In this document: piece by piece, positions 58,301 through 64,000 of the stretch
Numbering within the stretch: the first letter of the stretch is position 1
Layout: each line of letters begins with the position of its first letter
From: Balanoglossus misakiensis
Taxonomy: Eukaryota; Animalia; Hemichordata
Direction of reading: 5' to 3'
Length of the DNA stretch: 64,000 nt
NCBI GenBank assembly: GCA_040954595.2
Contig: CM082582.2
Location: 9,167,483 to 9,231,482, forward strand
Program-made: the position numbers and the translations under genes
Notes under the pieces: generated by a model
Seen by the model: only the letters and a program-made list of their open reading frames with translations
Told to the model about the DNA's origin: nothing
The model's database searches: none

Positions 58301-58343
58301 AACAGCACCTTGTCGCACCATTAAGTCGTAGAAATTCAAACCA
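52362..58343 (-). CDS. VAT1L: Synaptic vesicle membrane protein VAT-1 homolog-like (MDR/quinone oxidoreductase family), 5'-partial. Exons approx. 58343-58214, 56512-56296, 55661-55516, 55270-55165, 53437-53382, 53220-53026, 52874-52791, 52445-52362
   Basis: GLNFYDLMVRQGAVDNPPKTPIVLGFECSG, MSFEDGAALP, LVHSAGGGVGTAVAQL, ISPEGVDLVLDCLCG, GETRSFFSFAK, WWQVDKINPIKLYDENKTISGF, AMQKLHDRQNIGKVVL. First coding exon not found before 64000. Confidence 0.9.
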
Positions 58344-61300
58344 CTGCAAAGAGAGGAAGTGGAGCATGGTGACACTGTAGGCCTGAGAACAAGATGTTTT
58401 TTTGCAAAACATCCCATTGATGTCACCCATGGTTACCCTCTGTGACAAGCTTAGATGAACAGCAATATAACTGATATATTGCCGAGATTGACACTGTTGC
58501 AGCCACCTTAATGGCATAGAGCATAAACCTCCATCAGCCTCCAATCATTTGCATTTACTGTCATGATTTTACTGTCAAAAATGAATTTACCGGTAGTTCA
58601 TAGAGATGGATTTATTGGGGGAGGCACATAAAAGTGACATTAACCAGTGACTGCAAGATAATAAATAAGGTCTGGAGACTAAGTGGACTAGACAATTAAC
58701 ATAATTTGGATTCATATTTATATAGCAAGTCACTTGGCTCTGGTGATATATTATACACACTCTTTTTTCAAAAGCTGATATTCTCAACCCACACACATTC
58801 TTCATCATTGAAATGCGGTATTTTAGAATTCTGGCGCAAACATGGAAATCGGTGCAGTGACAATAATATCCCAGTGAAAATATCCATTGAGGTCAGTCTT
58901 GTTGAATGAATTCATAGCAACAAAAGAGTTGCTATTTTCACATAGAGTAGAGCACACGCATTCAACAGTTTTATTGTGAGTTGCTGGGTTATGTCTTTTG
59001 TCATTTCTCTGGCTGCATTTATATTGCAATCACATTTTCTTGTATTTTTTGTGTGTGTGCGTGCAAACCTCTGCTGAAAGGGCCCTCTTGAGTAATAAAC
59101 TCAATTCTCTGTGTCCTTTATCTTAATTTCTGATCGACTACCACAAGTATCCTCTCTCCCTTTGATTGACAATTACAGACACGGCCGCCAGTGATGGCTG
59201 ACATGGCAATTTCCAATTCTGTCGAAAACAACTACTTGAAACGTAATTAACCGTGATTTCGCTGAACGTCTCGAAACGTCTTGTTTTGAAGAGAAACTGA
59301 TATTTTGTGAAGCTGTGAATGTGGGAATTATACATACAAGCATCCTGAATCAGAATGTAAATTACATTTTAAATGACCAGTATTTGCAATACACTTCTTG
59401 TTAGAATTCCTGCTTTGGAAGGGATGAGTGTAGATCCCTGGCTGATCGCATTTTCGTCATTGAAATTGTTACTTCACCCGATTGTATGACATTTTCTCCT
59501 CTGGTCTTAATCTACTCTTTGAATTTGACATTTTTAAAACCGTGTGTGTGAGGGGGGGGGGGGGCACAAAGGGGAGACAATTTTGTTCTAAATCTCATTT
59601 GACCAGTCAAGTGAGGTCATCCGGAAAAAAAAAAACAGAATTCTGATCCTTGTAATGAAGTACTGGTAATAATCGATTCACACATTTTACACATTATGTT
59701 ATGCACATCTCAGAAAGAAAAGAGATTATGGAAAATGAAGAAATGACTGAATTATGTGCCACGCTGCTCTCTCTCTCTCTCTTGGTGTTGCCATGGTAAT
59801 TCCTGCCAGTAGTAAAGATCAAGGTTCTAAGATCTTCACAAGGTTACCGTTCTATGACCCCACACTTGTGTTTTTTGTGTCACGGGGAAAATATAACCAC
59901 ATAAAAGTGAAAACTGGATTTCATGGGAACACGGCAATATCACTAGGCGGCGAAATACAAACACTCCCGCCCACGCACACACTTGGAGAGAATGATGGGA
60001 GCCATTGGTTGCCGTGACAACAGTGATGCAGGCACGGATGACGATTGTGTGTGCAAATTGTGCTGCGCATCCGTGTGCAATATTAACCAGCTTCCTAATT
60101 TGGGTCTCTGTGCCTGCTGTATATCTAACTTATTTTTTTCTGTCTGTGCAAGCTAATAGTGTGACTGTCTTTACGTGCGAATGCCCTGGCTGTGACCTTT
60201 CATATTGATGCAACTTAGCTTCCATCGTTTCAGTGCTCGTTTGCAATGGACACACTGTTCAAATAAAACATCAAATTATGCTCACTATAAAAAAATACAG
60301 ATGCTGAAATTTGTTAATTAGCAACGTCCCCTCGTAATTCTTTATTTCCCTAGGATACGTCAGCTGAACTTACTCCGTCTATTGATCAAAGACTGCACTG
60401 GGGGTAATCGAGCAGAGAGAGAGAAAGAAAAATTGCCACAGCCGAGTCTTATTCCATTCCCAGAACGAAATCGGCCATCTTGATTGAAATCTCCGGTTGC
60501 ACTTCAGAGCTGTGTACACTCACAGATGCAGGTAATTTTCTTTTGATTTGCCAACTCACCGTTCTTTGATTTTGTAATTTCTCAGGAGAGCTCTGAACAG
60601 AGAACGATGAACTTCAAAGCGGTGGACAAGAAGAGCTCAGTTTACTGTTTCTGTGATCAGAAAAACTGAAAAATTTGTTTACTGTCCAAATGAAGTGATT
60701 TTCACACAAATGCTGATCGCTGTAATTGACATTAGTCCTGTATTGAAGCAATTACTCAAAAGGTCATGAACATAGCATCATCATTTTCTATCATTCATTA
60801 AATTATCTTAAATCTTTTTTGAGATATTTTATGGCAACTGCATGTATCAATATTCCTGCAGTAAAATTAATTTACATTCAATTTCTTGAAGAAACCAGTA
60901 GATCATTGTCTCCTAGCAACTATCAGTGTCACTTCGATAACAGTTATGCTAGCAGGAGGAAAATCATGTGATGTCTCGCTGACAGAATGTGAAAAGAAAA
61001 ATCACGAATCAATCTTCAAGCACCATTTGAGTAAAGTTAATAACATTTTAGAAGCGTGGCAGATGAATATAGTGTAATAATCGGAATGAATTAAATTCAG
61101 GTTTAGAGTAAAATGCCATGCATGGCTGGATTTTCCTGTGTGAAAAGGCAACGTTATTAAGATCAATGGAACGTCAGATAAATATCTAATATAGTGGCGG
61201 CATAATCTTGCGCGACTGTGCATGTGTATTCGTGAAAATCTTTCTCCCTGCCTGCAGAGCCAGCCAATTGGGGCCAAAAGGTCGCAAGTTATACAAGCCT

Positions 61301-63326
61301 TACAGAAACACGTATTAAGAAATACGAACATGCATAAAAAATGGCCGGGATGAAAGAACAATGTCAGATATTAGCTATTACTTTAGGTAGCAATACAACT
61401 TTCTTATCAAGTTGTCTCAACTCTATGTTTGTCATCATCGTTGTACCATCTGAAGAGATAAAAAATGAAATAAAAATAGAACAGATCTAGAAACTAATTG
61501 CGGCTTCACACACGGTGATTTCGTTGCGAAAAGAGGCATCAAGGCGCAGAAAGTCAGGCTATTTGTTCAACTGCCACTTAGCAGCACACAGCGCTCGACT
61601 AATGATACTGGTCACCATGGCAACCAAGGAGCCTGTTCCTTGTATCGGGTATTGGTGCGTATATACCAGGTATATGCAGTTAGCTCCCCAATAAATTTAA
61701 ATTTATCTAGTTTTCATGTCAAAGTAAGCTGCCTCCTGCAAGTGTGGGACGCTGGAAAGCTGACGGATTCGATGAAATGACAAAACCATGGGTCTTTCGT
61801 TTCTCATGAATTTTTTATTCATGGTGATGATGCTAACGCCATTGATCCTCTGCAAGGAGGAATAACATTGTCCTGTCTTACAAGGGAATGAAGCTCTTCA
61901 TGTCTTGATTATTCTTTAACACTTTCACCCCCAGTTTCCTCTTCAGAGGTCCAACCTTCTCATAGAAAACAATTCAACAAGTTGGTGACTGCCAAAGGGG
62001 ATGGCAACTGTTCACGATCAGATTTTTTGTAGAATTTCCCAAAATAAAAAGCCAAAAGGGAATAAGTGACTTTTAACGCTCAGTTCCCGTCTGTTTCGTA
62101 CAGAAATCAGGCATTTCACCATATGAACCCTATTATCATCAATCAATTTTTTTCCATTCACTCTTATTAACAATAACATGCCTATGTGACTCGAATGATA
62201 ACAATCATGTACTATACCTCCAGCATCGCGGCGAGGTTATACGAGGTTTTTTTCCTGGCCTAAGAGAAACTGCTGATCGACCAAACTGATTCAAAAACTT
62301 AGATCCTGTTGATAATAAACGCAAGAAAAGCAGGGCCCATCTTCTTTGAAGCTTTAGATTCCAAGCGAGATGCGAATAAAAACACTTTTCACACTGCTAA
62401 AGGCACCTATGATCTGTTGAACAGCTTCTAATCTCGATGTGGGAGATTAAATGCAAATTAAGCAGTGTCAGCAATTTATCGAGGAGGCCTTCTAAGGCTC
62501 TGGGTCGTATAAGAAAGATCATTACCAACTAGCAACATTCACCATTCAGATTGTAAAATCCCAACGAGCCAAAATGCAAACATAATGTCTTTCTTTCAGA
62601 GTGATTTGCACTGCCAGCTGTGAATTGCCCCTCCGCCGGAAAAATTCTTGACGTTTTCCGACTGAGTATGATTGAAGCTGATATCGAATTTCAAAAAGCT
62701 AGGTTCGATGGCCGCACAGATTTTGCAATGGGCGAACAGCGAGATAACAGTATTGGATTCACATGTTGCCATGGCAACTGGGAGTGATGAAAAAGATGAT
62801 CTGACCCAGCCGGTGTGCGCAGCATTTGTATTTTCTGTTAATTTATAACAAAACAGTCAAGTTCGCAAATAGGTAAATACGTGATTGTGTGATGAGATGG
62901 AGGTACCTATGGTATTGAAATATTAACTGCTGATTAATATATAATCCCTGCCATTGTAATTATCACACGAATATTTTACTGATTTTTTTTATTTCATTGT
63001 CAATCATTATTCGGGATCAATTTCTGTGAAATGTAGTCAATTAATTAATATCTTTTTTATTTCCTCAAAGCTGTTCATGACATGTGGATTTATTTAACAT
63101 GTGTGGCTTGTGTGTGGGTATAATAAGCGTTTATCCGAATATGACATTCTGTGAGAGACACTGCAAGTTAATTATGGATGCGTCTAAAAATATGATCTCG
63201 CCTATTCAGACATCGATTTAAACATGGCGGGGTTCAATGGACTTTTCTTCTTTGCTGTGTATATATGTGTTAAAATCAGAATTCCTTTTGAAATTTCCTG
63301 TTTTCACCAAGTATTACTCATGAGAA

Positions 63327-63490
63327 AACAGCCAACCAGTGACAGCTCGTAAACAGCCAGTCCGTGTGGGCTCCTAATTAAGCAGCCAATCGGATTGTAC
63401 ACAGCCAATCAATAACAGCTTGTGAACAGCCAATCAGCAACGGTTTTAGAACTGCCAATCAGCAACGACTTTAGAACAGCCAATCAGGCT
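63327..63490. repeat. Degenerate tandem array of CAGCCAATC (CCAAT-box) units, ending in ~24-bp repeats
   Basis: cagccaaccag, cagccagtc, cagccaatcgg, cagccaatcaa, cagccaatcagcaacggttttagaa, ctgccaatcagcaacgactttagaa, cagccaatcagg. Confidence 0.75.
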
Positions 63491-64000
63491 CACAGAGAGA
63501 GAAGATAGATAATGCACACAAGCAAAGACAATATCCATCTTTTTGTAATTGATTACATTTTTCCTACGCAAAAATAGTACTAGAATATTACAAAAAAATT
63601 ATGGCAGACGTAGCCAACACTGAGAATTTTTCCCCAACTTGTTGATTAAGCTAGGCACCCTCTCCAGGGGCTACGGATTTTGCTTGTCATACTGTCACGT
63701 GACCTATTACGCCAATACGGGTCGTAAGATGTTGGCTTCCAAAAGCTGGAAGATCTGTATTCAAAAGAAAGCAACCTGAACTCTTATTTTTGAGCTGTAT
63801 ACATGTACATTTGTGTTCCAACGAGATTGAGTGATATACGTTTATTTTCATTAAAATGTATGCAAGTGACCTCACTAGAGACCTTGATGTATCAAGGTCA
63901 CGAAATCATTTGCCAATAATCAACAAAATCAGCGAATAATCAAATCCTTCGACTCATTCATTTGTTAATAACAAAACAATTCAATTATTCTTCATTCGGC

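Noticed and set aside
60520-60660. Apparent micro-exon/micro-intron signals on both strands in the VAT1L intron
   Set aside because: Does not encode the missing VAT1L N-terminus; such signals are expected by chance.
63327-63490. CRISPR-like array
   Set aside because: Eukaryotic context, degenerate short units, no unique spacers and no cas genes.

Overview
Gene-dense 64-kb window of an intron-containing animal genome, probably an invertebrate deuterostome such as a hemichordate or other ambulacrarian (inferred from gene content and repeat types, not proven). Gene order: 3' part of a ZNF236-like multi-zinc-finger gene (+); a bursicon-alpha/Norrin-like cystine-knot hormone with an intronless CDS (-); a Harbinger-type MITE; two head-to-head paralogous genes for small secreted peptide precursors; a cystathionine gamma-lyase-like gene (-); NOP9 (+); C5orf22/UPF0489 (-); PRMT5 (+); and most of a VAT1/VAT1L-like gene (-), whose first exon lies beyond the window. 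Several MITE families and microsatellites sit in introns. The most interesting signals are: (1) the peptide pair, each exactly 63 aa once spliced, with a signal peptide, an RxAR processing site and a shared C-terminal F-x-N-[PS]-G-[YF]-T-Y-G-P-[GS]-S motif that the ORF track does not show; (2) the lyase, in which the residues aligned to human CTH E59, R119 and E339 are all replaced while the PLP machinery is intact; (3) the hormone, which mixes bursicon-alpha and Norrin features. Exon boundaries were read by eye and family alignments are from memory.
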